From: an uncultured Gemmatimonadales bacterium
GTDB lineage: Bacteria > Gemmatimonadota > Gemmatimonadetes > Longimicrobiales > RSA9
Reading direction: 5' to 3'
Length of the DNA: 64,000 nucleotides
NCBI GenBank assembly: GCA_963816355.1
Contig: CAWFKH010000003.1
Location: 736,001-800,000 of the forward strand
Shown here piece by piece: positions 48,687 to 59,217 of the stretch. The stretch's first letter is position 1, and each line of letters begins with the position of its first letter. The notes under the pieces are model-generated. The model was not told the DNA's origin, ran no database searches, and saw nothing but the letters and a program-made list of their open reading frames with translations. The position numbers and the translations under genes were made by a program.

Positions 48687-49991
48687 GTGCGACGCCACTC
48701 CGCCGCGGCTACGCTTCTCGCTGCCGCCGTCTCCACTCTCGCCCTCGCCTGCTCCGGCCCGGACGCGGCCGTCGACGCCACCACCGTTGCCGCGGCCCCC
48801 GCGGCCTGCGATCCGGACAACGGCGGCATCACGCTGCCCGCCGGCTTCTGCGCGACGGTCTTCGCGGACGACGTCGGCGCCGCCCGCCACCTCGCGGTCG
48901 CGCCGAACGGCGACGTCTTCGTCGCCATCGGCGGCGGCGACGAAGCGGGCGTGCTGGCGCTGCGCGACACGACCGGCGACGGCCACGCCGACGTCCGCGT
49001 GCGCTGGCCGCAGAGCGGCGGCACCGGGATCGCGCTGCGGGACGGCTACCTGTACTTCGCGGCGAACGACGCGGTCCTGCGCTACCCGCGCGCGAGCGGC
49101 TCGCTCCAGCCGTCCGGTCCGCCCGACACGATCGTCGGCGGCCTGCCCGCCCGCCCGGGCCATTCGGCGAAGTCGATCGCCCTCCTCGGCGACACCCTCT
49201 TCGTCAACATCGGCTCGCCCAGCAACTCCTGCCAGCGTGAGGACCGCTCGAACGGCTCGCCGGGGCTCGACCCGTGCCCGCAGCTCGACACGCGCGCCGG
49301 CATCTGGCGCTTCGCCCTCGACCGCACCGGCCAGACGCAGGCCGACGGCACGCGCTTCGCCACCGGGATCCGCAACGCCGTCGGGCTGGCCGTCGATCCG
49401 CGCAGCGGCACCCTCTACGCCACTCAGCACGGCCGCGACCAGCTCTTCCAGAACTGGGGCGACCGCTACACCGCGGAGCAGGGCGCCGAGCTGCCCGCCG
49501 AGGAACTGCTCCGCGTGCACGCCGGTGACGACTTCGGCTGGCCGTACTGCTACTACGACCAGAACCAGAGCAAGCTCGTCCTGGCACCGGAGTACGGCGG
49601 CGACGGCCAGGAGGTGGGCCGCTGCGCGACCAGGAAGGCGCCGATCGCCGCGTTTCCCGGGCACTGGGCTCCCGACGGCCTCCTCGTCTACACCGGCCGC
49701 CTCTTCCCCGAGCGATTTCGCGGCGGCGCCTTCATCGCCTTCCACGGCTCGTGGAACCGCGCGCCGCTCGCGCAGGCCGGCTACAAGGTCGTCTTCGTGC
49801 CGATGAGCGACGGCGCCGCTTCCGGCGACTTCACCGTCTTCGCGGACGGCTTCGCCGGTGGCCGCCTCTCGCCCCGCGACGCCGCGCACCGCCCCACCGG
49901 CCTCGCCCAGGGCCCCGACGGCGCCCTCTACATCAGCGACGACCAGGGCGGCCGCATCTGGCGCGTCGTGCCGGCGCCCGCGTCGCGTTGA
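48687..49991 (+). CDS. Glucose/sorbosone dehydrogenase-family beta-propeller lipoprotein
   Basis: ALAC lipobox; ATGIRNAVG, HGRD, FGWPYCY, FHGSWNR, RPTGLAQGPDGALYISDD. Confidence 0.88.
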   Translation: MRRHSAAATLLAAAVSTLALACSGPDAAVDATTVAAAPAACDPDNGGITLPAGFCATVFADDVGAARHLAVAPNGDVFVAIGGGDEAGVLALRDTTGDGHADVRVRWPQSGGTGIALRDGYLYFAANDAVLRYPRASGSLQPSGPPDTIVGGLPARPGHSAKSIALLGDTLFVNIGSPSNSCQREDRSNGSPGLDPCPQLDTRAGIWRFALDRTGQTQADGTRFATGIRNAVGLAVDPRSGTLYATQHGRDQLFQNWGDRYTAEQGAELPAEELLRVHAGDDFGWPYCYYDQNQSKLVLAPEYGGDGQEVGRCATRKAPIAAFPGHWAPDGLLVYTGRLFPERFRGGAFIAFHGSWNRAPLAQAGYKVVFVPMSDGAASGDFTVFADGFAGGRLSPRDAAHRPTGLAQGPDGALYISDDQGGRIWRVVPAPASR

Positions 49992-50080
49992 CAACGACTT
50001 CCAGCGTGGCGACCTTACTGCGCTATGGCCGGCTCGCCGCCGGCCGTCTCATTCGCACAGGACGCACGGAGTAGCGCTCG

Positions 50081-51763
50081 ATGCTCGGCACGCTCAAGGG
50101 CCGACTGCTCATCATCGTCGTGGTGCTCGCCGCCGCCGGCGCCTACCTCTGGATCCACGGGATCAAGCTCGGTCTCGACCTCCAGGGAGGCATGCACCTC
50201 GTCCTCGAAGTCTCCGATCCGAACGGCACGATGACGCTCGCCGCCCGGGCGGACGCGACGGACCGTGCCCTCAAGATCATCCGCACGCGCATCGACGAAT
50301 TCGGGGTCGAAGAGCCGATCATCCAGAAAGTCGGCGACTCCCGCATCATCGTCGAGCTCGCCGGGATCCGCGACGAGGGCCGCGCGAAGTCCGTGATCGA
50401 GCGCGCGGCGTTCCTCCAGTTCCAGATCGTCGGATCGAGTCAGAAGCTGCTCGACCTGCTGCCGCGCATGGACCGCGCGATCGTCGACACGCTCGGCGCC
50501 GCGGCCCTGCCGGCCGACACCGGCGCCGGGGCGCGTCCGAGCGAGCAGGTGAGGCAGCTCCTCTTCGGCACGAGTGACACGGCCGCCGCCAGGGACAGCA
50601 TGGGCGGCGCCGCGAGGGACACCACGGGCGGCGCCGCGAACGATACGACCGCCGCGGGCGCCGCCGACACGCTCGCGGCGCAGGCGCGCGCGGCTGAGGC
50701 GGCGCAGGCCGCATCGCGGCCGCTCAGCGCGGCGCTGTTGCAGTCCGGCCAGGACGGTGAGCTCGTTGTCGCGAAGGAAGATGTCGACCGGGTGAAGGGA
50801 TACCTGGCGCTGCCGCAGGTGCAGGCGCTGCTGCCGCGCGGCGTCGACCTGCGCTGGGCGGCGGAAGAGGAGGGGCGCGGCGCCCAGCTCTATCGCACGC
50901 TCTACATCCTCCAGACACCGCCCGTGATGACCGGCGAGTACCTGGAGGACGCCACGGCAGGGCGCGAGACCCAGTTCAACCAGACGATCGTCTCCTTCAC
51001 TCTCTCCCGCGCCGGCGGCCGCATCTTCGACCGGGTCACGAGCGAGCACGTCAACGACCGCCTCGCGATCCTCCTCGACAACGAGGTGGTGAGCGCCCCG
51101 GTGATCGAGTCGCGCATCGGTGCACAGGGCGAGATCCGGCTCGGCCAGGCGCCGATCGAGGAGGCGCGCGACCTCGCTCTCGTCCTCCGCGCGGGCGCGC
51201 TGCCCGCTCCGCTGCACGTGATCGAGGAGCGCACCGTCGGCCCGTCCCTCGGCGCCGACTCGATCTCGCAGGGCAAGATGGCGGGGATCGTCGGCATCCT
51301 GCTCGTCGTCGTCATCATGATCGCCTACTACCGCTTCGCCGGCTTCCTCTCGGTGATCGCGCTCAGCGCCTACGTGCTCCTCGTGCTCGGCGGGCTCGCC
51401 GGCTTCGACGCGACCCTCACCGCGCCCGGCATCGCCGGCATGATCCTCTCCATCGGCATGGCCGTGGACGCGAACGTCCTGATCTTCGAGCGAATACGGG
51501 AGGAGCTGGCGCTCGGGCGCACGATCCGCGGCGCCGTCGACTCCGGCTTCGAGCACGCGATGTCGGCGATCATCGACTCGAATCTGACCACGCTGATCAC
51601 GGCGCTCATCCTCTACCAGTTCGGGACGGGCGCGGTGCGCGGCTTCGCCGTCACGCTCTCCATCGGGATCCTGGCCTCCTTCTTCAGCGCCGTCTTCATC
51701 ACCCGCACGCTGTTCCTGCTGTATCTGGGGCGGAAGAGCGCGACCGACACCCTTAGCATCTGA
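50081..51763 (+). CDS. secD: Protein translocase subunit SecD
   Basis: LGLDLQGG, VGPSLG, GMAVDANVLIFERIREE. Confidence 0.97.
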   Translation: MLGTLKGRLLIIVVVLAAAGAYLWIHGIKLGLDLQGGMHLVLEVSDPNGTMTLAARADATDRALKIIRTRIDEFGVEEPIIQKVGDSRIIVELAGIRDEGRAKSVIERAAFLQFQIVGSSQKLLDLLPRMDRAIVDTLGAAALPADTGAGARPSEQVRQLLFGTSDTAAARDSMGGAARDTTGGAANDTTAAGAADTLAAQARAAEAAQAASRPLSAALLQSGQDGELVVAKEDVDRVKGYLALPQVQALLPRGVDLRWAAEEEGRGAQLYRTLYILQTPPVMTGEYLEDATAGRETQFNQTIVSFTLSRAGGRIFDRVTSEHVNDRLAILLDNEVVSAPVIESRIGAQGEIRLGQAPIEEARDLALVLRAGALPAPLHVIEERTVGPSLGADSISQGKMAGIVGILLVVVIMIAYYRFAGFLSVIALSAYVLLVLGGLAGFDATLTAPGIAGMILSIGMAVDANVLIFERIREELALGRTIRGAVDSGFEHAMSAIIDSNLTTLITALILYQFGTGAVRGFAVTLSIGILASFFSAVFITRTLFLLYLGRKSATDTLSI

Positions 51764-51777
51764 CGAGGGCGACGCCC

Positions 51778-52743
51778 ATGCGACTCTTCCTACAGGCCCA
51801 CTTCGACTTCATCGGCGCGCGCCGCAAGGCGTACGTCGCGAGCGGCACGCTGCTCGTGCTCTCGATCGTCATGGCCCTCGCGTGGCAGGTGACGAAAGGC
51901 TCCTGGCTCAACTACGGCGTCGACTTCACCGGCGGCACGCTGGTCGAGGTCCGCTTCACGCAGCCGACCGACGTATCCACCCTGCGCGCCGCGGTCCAGA
52001 AGGCCATCGCCGGCACCGAGGTCACGCGTTTCGGCGGCGAGAACGAGTATCTGATCCGCGCGCCCCAGTTCGTGGAAGGGACCCAGAACGTCGCCGACGA
52101 GATCGTCGCTGCGATGCGCGCGAGCTATCCGCAGGGCAGCTTCGAAGTCGAGCGGCGCGAGGCCGTGGGGCCGAAGATCGGCAGCGAGCTGCAGCAGAAG
52201 GCGCTGCTCGCCATCCTGCTCTCCTTCACTTTCACCCTGATCTACCTCGCCTTCCGCTTCGAGTGGCGCTTCGGCGTCGCCGCGATCATCGCCACGTTCC
52301 ACGACATGATCCTGACGATGGGGCTCATCGCCGGCTTCCGCCTCGAGGTTTCGCTCACCACCGTGGCCGCCGTCCTCACCATCATCGGCTATTCGCTCAA
52401 CGACACGATCATCGTCTTCGACCGCATCCGCGAGAACCTGAAGGCGACCGGCCGCCGCGAGGACACCGTCACGATCCTCAACCGCTCGATCAACGAAACG
52501 CTGCCGCGCACCGTCCTGACCGCGGGCACCACCGTCGCCACGCTGCTCGCGCTCTTCATCCTCGGTGGGGCGATCATCCGCCAGTTCGCCCTCATCCTCA
52601 TCGTCGGCATCGTCTTCGGGACCTACTCTTCGATCTTCGTCGCTTCGCCCGCCCTCCTCGAGATCGAGAAGCGGTGGGGCGCGCGAAAGTCCGGCGGCCG
52701 CAAGCGTACCTCCCGCACCTCGCGCGCCGGCGCCGGCGTCTAG
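51778..52743 (+). CDS. secF: Protein translocase subunit SecF
   Basis: GVDFTGG, GYSLNDTIIVFDRIRE, GTYSSIFVA. Confidence 0.97.
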   Translation: MRLFLQAHFDFIGARRKAYVASGTLLVLSIVMALAWQVTKGSWLNYGVDFTGGTLVEVRFTQPTDVSTLRAAVQKAIAGTEVTRFGGENEYLIRAPQFVEGTQNVADEIVAAMRASYPQGSFEVERREAVGPKIGSELQQKALLAILLSFTFTLIYLAFRFEWRFGVAAIIATFHDMILTMGLIAGFRLEVSLTTVAAVLTIIGYSLNDTIIVFDRIRENLKATGRREDTVTILNRSINETLPRTVLTAGTTVATLLALFILGGAIIRQFALILIVGIVFGTYSSIFVASPALLEIEKRWGARKSGGRKRTSRTSRAGAGV

Positions 52744-52839
52744 CAGGCGGCTGAGCGATCCGCGGAGGCCGCCCCGGCGACAGCCGCTGCGCGCCGCCCC
52801 GGGTCCGCCCGCGGCGACTCGCGCCCGTTTCGGCCACCG

Positions 52840-53607
52840 GTGATGCTCTTCGATTCGCACTGCCACCTCACCGACGCCCGCTTCGCGGACGACCTCGACG
52901 ACGTCCTCCGCCGCGCCGCGGACGCCGGCCTCGTCGGACTCGTCACCATCGCCTCCGATGCCGACGACGCCGCCGCCGCCGTCCGCCTCGCCGAACAGCA
53001 CGCGCCGCTGCGCGCCTCGGTCGGCATCCATCCCCACGCCGCCGACGGCGCCGATGACGACGCGTTTCGCCGCATCGCCGAGCTCGCCGCTGCGCCCCGC
53101 GTGGTCGCGCTCGGCGAGACCGGCCTCGACTACCACTACGACAACGCCCCGCGCGACCTCCAGCGCCGCGCCTTCGAACGCCACCTCCGCCTCGCCGCCG
53201 AGTCCGCGCTGCCGGTCGTCGTCCACGCGCGGGATGCCGACGACGACGTCGCCTCGATGATCGCCGCCGCGGGCCCCGGCGTGCGCGGCGTGCTCCACTG
53301 CTTCGCGGGGGGCGACGCCCTCCTCGACACTGCGCTCGACGCCGGCTGGTTCGTCTCCTTCTCCGGCCTCGTCAGCTTCCGCCGCTACGACGGTGCGGCG
53401 CGCCTGCGGCGCGTGCCGCCCGACCGGCTGCTCGCCGAGACCGACAGCCCCTACCTGGCGCCCGTCCCGCATCGCGGACGCCGCAACGAGCCCGCCTTCG
53501 TCAAGGACGTCGTCGCCGCCATCGCCCGCCACCTGGATGAGCCGCCGGACGCCGTCGGCGCGCGCACCGTGCGCAACGCGCGCGCCTTCTACCGCCTGGA
53601 GGCGTGA
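52840..53607 (+). CDS. tatD: TatD-family nuclease
   Basis: DSHCH, GIHPH, GETGLDY, HCF, ETDSPYLAP. Confidence 0.93.
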   Translation: MMLFDSHCHLTDARFADDLDDVLRRAADAGLVGLVTIASDADDAAAAVRLAEQHAPLRASVGIHPHAADGADDDAFRRIAELAAAPRVVALGETGLDYHYDNAPRDLQRRAFERHLRLAAESALPVVVHARDADDDVASMIAAAGPGVRGVLHCFAGGDALLDTALDAGWFVSFSGLVSFRRYDGAARLRRVPPDRLLAETDSPYLAPVPHRGRRNEPAFVKDVVAAIARHLDEPPDAVGARTVRNARAFYRLEA

Positions 53608-53608
53608 G

Positions 53609-55447
53609 GTGGCGCGCCGCATCCGCGTGCTGCCCGATGCGCTCGCCAACCAGATCGCCGCCGGCGAGGTGGTCGAGCGGCCGGCGTCGGTCGTGAAGGA
53701 GCTGGTTGAGAACGCGCTGGACGCCGCGGCGACGCGCATCGATGTCTCCATCCGCAACGGCGGCAAGACGGAGATCCGCGTCGCCGACGACGGCTGCGGC
53801 ATCGGGCGCGACGACGCGCTGACCGCCCTGGACCGCCACGCCACGAGCAAGGTCGCGACGAGCGACGACCTGATCGCGGTGCGCACGTTCGGTTTTCGCG
53901 GCGAGGCGCTGCCGTCGATCGCCTCGGTGTCGCGCTTCGTGCTGGAGACGGCCGAGCCGGGCGAGGTCGGCACGCGGGTGCGCGTCACGGGGGGACGCAT
54001 CCACGGCGTCGAGGAGTGCGCGCGTCAGGGCGGCACGACCGTCGCCGCGCGCAGCCTCTTCTTCAACGTCCCCGCCCGCGCCAAGTTCCTGAAGAGCTCG
54101 GCGGTCGAGACGCGGGCAGTGGCGGATGTCGTGATCTCGCTCGCGCTCGCCAACCTCTCGTGCGGCTTCCGCCTCGAGTCGAACGGCCGCGAGTTGATCG
54201 AGCTGCCGCCCGCCAGCGACCTGATCAGCCGCGTCGCGGACCTGTGGGGCGAGGAGACCGCGGTGCGCCTGCTGCCTCTGTCGCGACGCTCCGACGCCGC
54301 CCTCGTCGCGGGCCTCGTCGACCGCCCCGACGCGGCCACCGCCGGTCCCCGCCGCGTCCACCTCTACGTCGCCAACCGCCCCTTCCGCGATCGCGGCATC
54401 GTCTACGCCGCCGAGCGCGGCTTCCGCACCACCGTGCCGCACGCCGCGCGGCCGTCCCTGCTCCTCTATCTCGAGGTGCCCGACGGCGCCGTCGACGTCA
54501 ACGTCCACCCCTCCAAGGCGGAGGTGAAGTTCCGCGACCGCGCCGCCGTCGAGGAGTCGGTCGAGGTCGCGGTCCGCGAGGCGCTCGGCACCCTGGACAG
54601 CGCCGCCCCTCTGGAGCGCCGGCCCGTCCTCCAGCGCCTGACGCGCGTCGACGACGCCACCGCGACGGCGCCGGACCCCGTGGACGCGTCGCCGCGCTCC
54701 CAGTTCGCCCTCTTCGTCGAAGCCGCCGAGCCGGGTGCGGGCGCCCCGACCGAAGCGGGCGAGGCCACGGGGGAAGCGGGCGCGGCCGCGCGTCAAGCGG
54801 ACGGGGCCACGGGTGAAGCGGGCGCGGCGACCGCCGCCGGCCGGGCGGCCTCGCGGCGCGAGGCGGGGACGGCGCCGCTCCTCTGGCAGGTCCACTCCAG
54901 CTACATCCTCGCCGAGACGCGAAGCGGCCTCATCATCATCGACCAGCACTCGGCGCACGAGCGCATCCTCTTCGAGGAGATCATGCGGGGCTTCTCCGGC
55001 GGCGGCGTGGCGAGCCAGCGGCTGCTCTTCCCGCTCACGCTGCGGTTGTCGCCGGCCGAGCTCGCCGTGTTCGAGGAGAATCAGGAGCTCTTCCGACGCG
55101 CCGGCTTCGAGATCGAGCCGTTCGGCGGCCGCACGGTGATCGTGCACGCGGTGCCGGCGCCGCACCGCCGCTTCGAGCCGGAGCGGTGCCTGCGCGAGAT
55201 GGTCGCCGAGCTGGCGGAAGGCAGCGATCTCACGCGCGCCGCGACGAATCAGCACGAGCGCGTCGCCTCCACCTTCGCGTGCAAGGCGGCGATCAAGGCG
55301 GGGCAGCGCCTCTCCCCCTCGGAGATGGGCGAGCTCTTCGATCGCCTCTTCGACACCGCGCTGCCGTATCACGACGTCCACGGGCGCCCAACCGTGATCC
55401 GGCTCTCGCTGCAGGAGCTCGAGCGTCGCTTCGGCCGGCATGGCTGA
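53609..55447 (+). CDS. mutL: DNA mismatch repair protein MutL
   Basis: NQIAAGEVVERP, GFRGEALPSI, DVNVHPSK, DQHSAHERI. Confidence 0.96.
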   Translation: MARRIRVLPDALANQIAAGEVVERPASVVKELVENALDAAATRIDVSIRNGGKTEIRVADDGCGIGRDDALTALDRHATSKVATSDDLIAVRTFGFRGEALPSIASVSRFVLETAEPGEVGTRVRVTGGRIHGVEECARQGGTTVAARSLFFNVPARAKFLKSSAVETRAVADVVISLALANLSCGFRLESNGRELIELPPASDLISRVADLWGEETAVRLLPLSRRSDAALVAGLVDRPDAATAGPRRVHLYVANRPFRDRGIVYAAERGFRTTVPHAARPSLLLYLEVPDGAVDVNVHPSKAEVKFRDRAAVEESVEVAVREALGTLDSAAPLERRPVLQRLTRVDDATATAPDPVDASPRSQFALFVEAAEPGAGAPTEAGEATGEAGAAARQADGATGEAGAATAAGRAASRREAGTAPLLWQVHSSYILAETRSGLIIIDQHSAHERILFEEIMRGFSGGGVASQRLLFPLTLRLSPAELAVFEENQELFRRAGFEIEPFGGRTVIVHAVPAPHRRFEPERCLREMVAELAEGSDLTRAATNQHERVASTFACKAAIKAGQRLSPSEMGELFDRLFDTALPYHDVHGRPTVIRLSLQELERRFGRHG

Positions 55448-56390
55448 GCAGGGCAGGGAGGCGATCGCGATCGTCGGCGCGACCGCCACCGGCAAGACCG
55501 CGCTCGCCGTCCACGTCGCCCGCCTCGTCGGCGGTGAGATCGTCTCCGTCGATTCCCGCCAGGCGTATCGCGGCCTCGACATCGGCACCGCCAAGCCGAC
55601 GCCGGCCGAGCGCGCCGCCGTCCCTCACCACGGCCTCGACGTCGTGAGTCCGGACGAGCGCTACAGCGCTGGTGCCTTCGCGCGCGACGCCCGCCGCGCC
55701 GTCGGCGACATCCGCTCTCGCGGCAACGCGCCGATCCTGGTCGGCGGCACCGGCTTCTTCCTGCGGGCGCTCACGACGCCGCTCTTCGCCGAACCCCCGC
55801 TGCCGCCCGACGTGCGGCGGCGTCTCGGCGCGCGGCTCGAGCGGCTGCCGGCGTCGGAGCGCCGCCGCTGGCTCGAACGTCTCGATCCCGGCGCGGCGGC
55901 GACGCTCGCCACGGCCGGCGGCCGCCAGCGCGTGCTGCGCGCGCTCGAGGTCGTGCTCCTCACCGGCCGGCCGCTCGCGTGGTGGCACCGCAACGCACCC
56001 CCGCTGGAGCCGCCGCTGCGGCCGCTCGCGTTCCTGCTCGAGCTGCCGCGCGAGGCGCTCTATCGTCGCATCGACGAGCGCGTACACCGCATGTTCGAGG
56101 CGGGCTGGCTCGAGGAGGTGCGGGCCCTGCTGGACGGCGGCTGGACGGCCGACGCGCCCGCGTTCTCCGCCGCCGGCTACCGTCACCTCGCCGCGCACCT
56201 GCGCGGCGAGATGGACCTCGCGGCGGCGATCGAGAGTATCCAGCGCGAAACCCGGAACTACGCCCGGCGCCAGATCACCTGGTTCCGGCACCAGCTCCCG
56301 GACGACGTCGTTCGCCTCGACGCGACGCGCCCGGTTGAGGAGGCGGCCCGGAAGGTCGCGCAACGATGGGAGGAGGAGGGGTCGTGCTGA
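55440..56390 (+). CDS. miaA: tRNA dimethylallyltransferase
   Basis: GATATGKT, DSRQAYRGLDIGTAKP, VGGTG, YARRQITWF. Confidence 0.96.
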   Translation: MAEQGREAIAIVGATATGKTALAVHVARLVGGEIVSVDSRQAYRGLDIGTAKPTPAERAAVPHHGLDVVSPDERYSAGAFARDARRAVGDIRSRGNAPILVGGTGFFLRALTTPLFAEPPLPPDVRRRLGARLERLPASERRRWLERLDPGAAATLATAGGRQRVLRALEVVLLTGRPLAWWHRNAPPLEPPLRPLAFLLELPREALYRRIDERVHRMFEAGWLEEVRALLDGGWTADAPAFSAAGYRHLAAHLRGEMDLAAAIESIQRETRNYARRQITWFRHQLPDDVVRLDATRPVEEAARKVAQRWEEEGSC

Positions 56391-57508
56391 GGATCGGCAT
56401 CGCCTGCTACCCCGTGTACGGCGGCTCCGGCGCCGTCGCGACGGAGCTCGGCCTCGCGCTCGCCCAGCGCGGCCACGAGGTGCACTTCATCAGCTACGCG
56501 CAGCCGTTCCGTCTGCCGTACTTCGTGGAGCGCGTCTTCTACCACGAGGTCGAGCTGCCCTCCCATCCGCTCTTCGAGCACCCGCCCTACAGCCTCGCCC
56601 TCGCGGCCGCCATGCACAGCACCGCCGTGCGCCGCGACCTCGACATCATCCACGCGCACTACGCCGTGCCGCACGCCACCTCCGCGTGGATCGCCCGTCA
56701 GATGCTCGGCGACACCCGCACCCGCGTGGTCGCCACCCTGCACGGCACCGACATCACGCTGATCGGGCAGGACCCCTCCTTCAAAGAGATCACCCGCTTC
56801 TCGATCGAGCACGCAGATGGCGTCACCGCCGTCTCGCGCTACCTCCGCGACGAGACGGTGCGCGTCTTCGGCATCGCGCCCGAGCGCATCCGCGTAATTC
56901 CCAACTTCGTCGACCTCGACCGCTACAACCGCGACCGCCAGCCGTGCCACCGCTCGAGCTTCGTCGCCGACGGCGAAAAGATCGTCATGCACATCTCCAA
57001 CTTCCGGCCCGTGAAGCGGGTCGACCTCGTCGTGCGCGTCTTCGCCCGCATCCTCCGGGAGGTGCCCGCCCGCCTCATCCTCGTCGGCGACGGCCCCGAG
57101 CGCGGCCGCGCCCTGCAGGCCGCCGAAGAGGAGGGCGTCCAGGGCAGCGTCCTCTTCCTCGGCAAGCAGGAGTCGGTCGCCGAGCTGCTCGCGTGCGCCG
57201 ACCTGTTCCTCCTCCCCAGCGAGTCCGAGTCCTTCGGGCTCGTCGCGCTCGAGGCGATGGCCTGCGGTGTGCCGGTCGTCGCCAGCGACGTGGGCGGCCT
57301 CCCCGAGGTCGTCCCGGTCGGCACCGCCGGCGTGCTCGCGCCCGTCGGCGACGTCGAAACCATGGCCCGGGCCGGCGTCGACTTTCTCTCCGACGCCGAA
57401 CGCTGGCGTGCCGCGAGCCGCGCTGCCCGCGCCGCCGCCACCCGCTTCGACGCGGACGAAGTGGTGCCGCTCTACGAGGCGTATTATCAAGAGGTGCTCG
57501 ACACGTGA
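56384..57508 (+). CDS. bshA: N-acetyl-alpha-D-glucosaminyl L-malate synthase (bacillithiol)
   Basis: CYPVYGGSGAVATELG, HAHYAVPHA, TLHGTDITL, HISNFRPVKR, ESFGL. Confidence 0.93.
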   Translation: MLRIGIACYPVYGGSGAVATELGLALAQRGHEVHFISYAQPFRLPYFVERVFYHEVELPSHPLFEHPPYSLALAAAMHSTAVRRDLDIIHAHYAVPHATSAWIARQMLGDTRTRVVATLHGTDITLIGQDPSFKEITRFSIEHADGVTAVSRYLRDETVRVFGIAPERIRVIPNFVDLDRYNRDRQPCHRSSFVADGEKIVMHISNFRPVKRVDLVVRVFARILREVPARLILVGDGPERGRALQAAEEEGVQGSVLFLGKQESVAELLACADLFLLPSESESFGLVALEAMACGVPVVASDVGGLPEVVPVGTAGVLAPVGDVETMARAGVDFLSDAERWRAASRAARAAATRFDADEVVPLYEAYYQEVLDT

Positions 57509-58299
57509 ACCCATACGACGCGATCGTCCTCGGCCTCGTCCAGGGCCTGACCGAGTTCCTCCCCGTCTCCAGCTCCGGCCACCTCGTGATCGCCCAGCAG
57601 CTCCTCGGCGTCCGCGAGCCCGGCGTCTTCCTCGAGGTCACGCTCCACGTCGCGACGCTGCTCTCCGTCGTCGTCGTCTACCGCCGCCGCCTCGGACGCC
57701 TCCTCGTCGGCGTCTTCGCCGGCGACCGCGCCGCGCTCCGCTACGTCGGGCTGCTCGCCCTCGCCAGCGTCCCCGCCGCCATCGTCGGCTTCGGCTTCGA
57801 GAAGCGCGTCGAGGCCGCCTTCGACGCGCCCGCCTTCACGGGTGTCATGCTGCTCCTCACCGGCGCGATCCTGTGGAGCACCCGGCGGCTCGAGAAGACC
57901 CGTCCCGAGGGACCGGCCGAGCCCGGCTGGAGACTCGCGCTCCTCATCGGCTTCGCCCAGGCGTTCGCCATCCTCCCCGGCATCTCCCGCTCCGGCACCA
58001 CCATCACCGCCGGCCTCTGGGGCGGCATGCCCGGCGCCGCCGCCGCCGAGTTCTCCTTCCTCATGTCGATCCCCGCCATCGGCGGCGCCGCGCTCCTCCA
58101 GCTCGGGAACCTGCGCGCCGACGTCGGCCTCATCGGCGCGACGCCCCTCGTCGTCGGCTTCCTCACCGCCCTCGTCGCCGGCGTCCTCGCCATCCAGGCG
58201 CTCGTGTGGCTGCTGCGACGCCAGGAGTTCCACCGCTTCGCCTACTACCTGTGGCCCGCCGGCCTCGCCTACCTCGCCTGGCTCGCCCTCGCCCGGTGA
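57505..58299 (+). CDS. uppP: Undecaprenyl-diphosphate phosphatase
   Basis: QGLTEFLPVSSSGH, PGISRSG, EFSFLMSIP. Confidence 0.95.
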   Translation: MNPYDAIVLGLVQGLTEFLPVSSSGHLVIAQQLLGVREPGVFLEVTLHVATLLSVVVVYRRRLGRLLVGVFAGDRAALRYVGLLALASVPAAIVGFGFEKRVEAAFDAPAFTGVMLLLTGAILWSTRRLEKTRPEGPAEPGWRLALLIGFAQAFAILPGISRSGTTITAGLWGGMPGAAAAEFSFLMSIPAIGGAALLQLGNLRADVGLIGATPLVVGFLTALVAGVLAIQALVWLLRRQEFHRFAYYLWPAGLAYLAWLALAR

Positions 58300-59213
58300 G
58301 CGCCGACCGCGCCCCTGCTGCACCCGCGCCCGCGCGCGACGCCGCGACCGCCGACCTCGTCGACGCCGCGACCGCCGACCTCGTCGACGCCGCGACCACC
58401 GACCTCGTCGACGCCGCGCTTCGCGAGGACATCGGCGACGGCGACCGCTCGACGCTGTGGAGCGTCCCCGCGGACGCGACCGGCGCCGCCTCGATCCGGG
58501 CCAAGGCGTCCGGCGTCCTCGCCGGGCTCGACATCGCGGCCGCCGTCTTCCGCCGCCTGGATCCGGCCCTCCGCGTCGAGAGCCTCGCGCGCGCCGGTGA
58601 CGTGCTGGCGCCCGGCTCCGTCGTGCTGCGCGTCGCCGGGCCGCTCCGCTCGATCCTCACTGGCGAGCGCACGGCGCTCAACTTCCTGCAGCGCCTCTCC
58701 GGCATCGCGACGCTGACGCGCCGCTACGTCGACGGCGTCGCCGGCACCGGTGCGCGCATCCTCGACACGCGCAAGACCACCCCCGGGTGGCGCCTCCTCG
58801 AGAAGGCTGCGGTTCGCGCCGGTGGCGGGCACAACCATCGCTTCGGCCTCTTCGACGCCGTTCTCCTCAAGGAGAACCACATCGCCGCCGCCGGAGGGAT
58901 CGCCGCCGCGCTCGAGCGCGTCCGTGCCGCCGGTTCTGACCTTCCCGTCGAGGTCGAGGTTCGCTCGCTCGACGAGCTCGACGCGGCGATCGCCGCCGGC
59001 GCCCGTCACCTCCTCCTCGACAACATGGATCCGCCCACCCTGCGCGAAGCCGTCCGACGCGCGCGCGCCCGCACCGGTCTCCGCCTCGAGGCCTCCGGCA
59101 ACGTCACCCTCGAGACCGTGCGCGCCATCGCCGGGACCGGCGTCGACGCGATCAGCGTGGGCGCCCTCACCCACTCGGCGCCGGCGCTGGACCTCTCCAT
59201 GCTCCTCGACTGA
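58296..59213 (+). CDS. nadC: Nicotinate-nucleotide pyrophosphorylase (carboxylating)
   Basis: ERTALNFLQRLSGIAT, DTRKTTPG, KENH, LLDNM, EASGN. Confidence 0.96.
   Translation: MSADRAPAAPAPARDAATADLVDAATADLVDAATTDLVDAALREDIGDGDRSTLWSVPADATGAASIRAKASGVLAGLDIAAAVFRRLDPALRVESLARAGDVLAPGSVVLRVAGPLRSILTGERTALNFLQRLSGIATLTRRYVDGVAGTGARILDTRKTTPGWRLLEKAAVRAGGGHNHRFGLFDAVLLKENHIAAAGGIAAALERVRAAGSDLPVEVEVRSLDELDAAIAAGARHLLLDNMDPPTLREAVRRARARTGLRLEASGNVTLETVRAIAGTGVDAISVGALTHSAPALDLSMLLD
58337..58418 (+). repeat. In-frame 24-bp tandem repeat, ~3.4 copies (DAATADLV), in nadC
   Basis: Units at 58337, 58361 and 58385 plus a partial. Confidence 0.9.
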
Positions 59214-59217
59214 CGCC

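Noticed and set aside
47377..50000. Genomic island integrated at the tRNA
   Set aside because: No integrase, no repeat of the tRNA 3' end seen, host-like composition; the same holds for tRNA-Gln
54730..54840. Repeated GEAG(E/A)A units in mutL
   Set aside because: Low-complexity interdomain linker, typically variable
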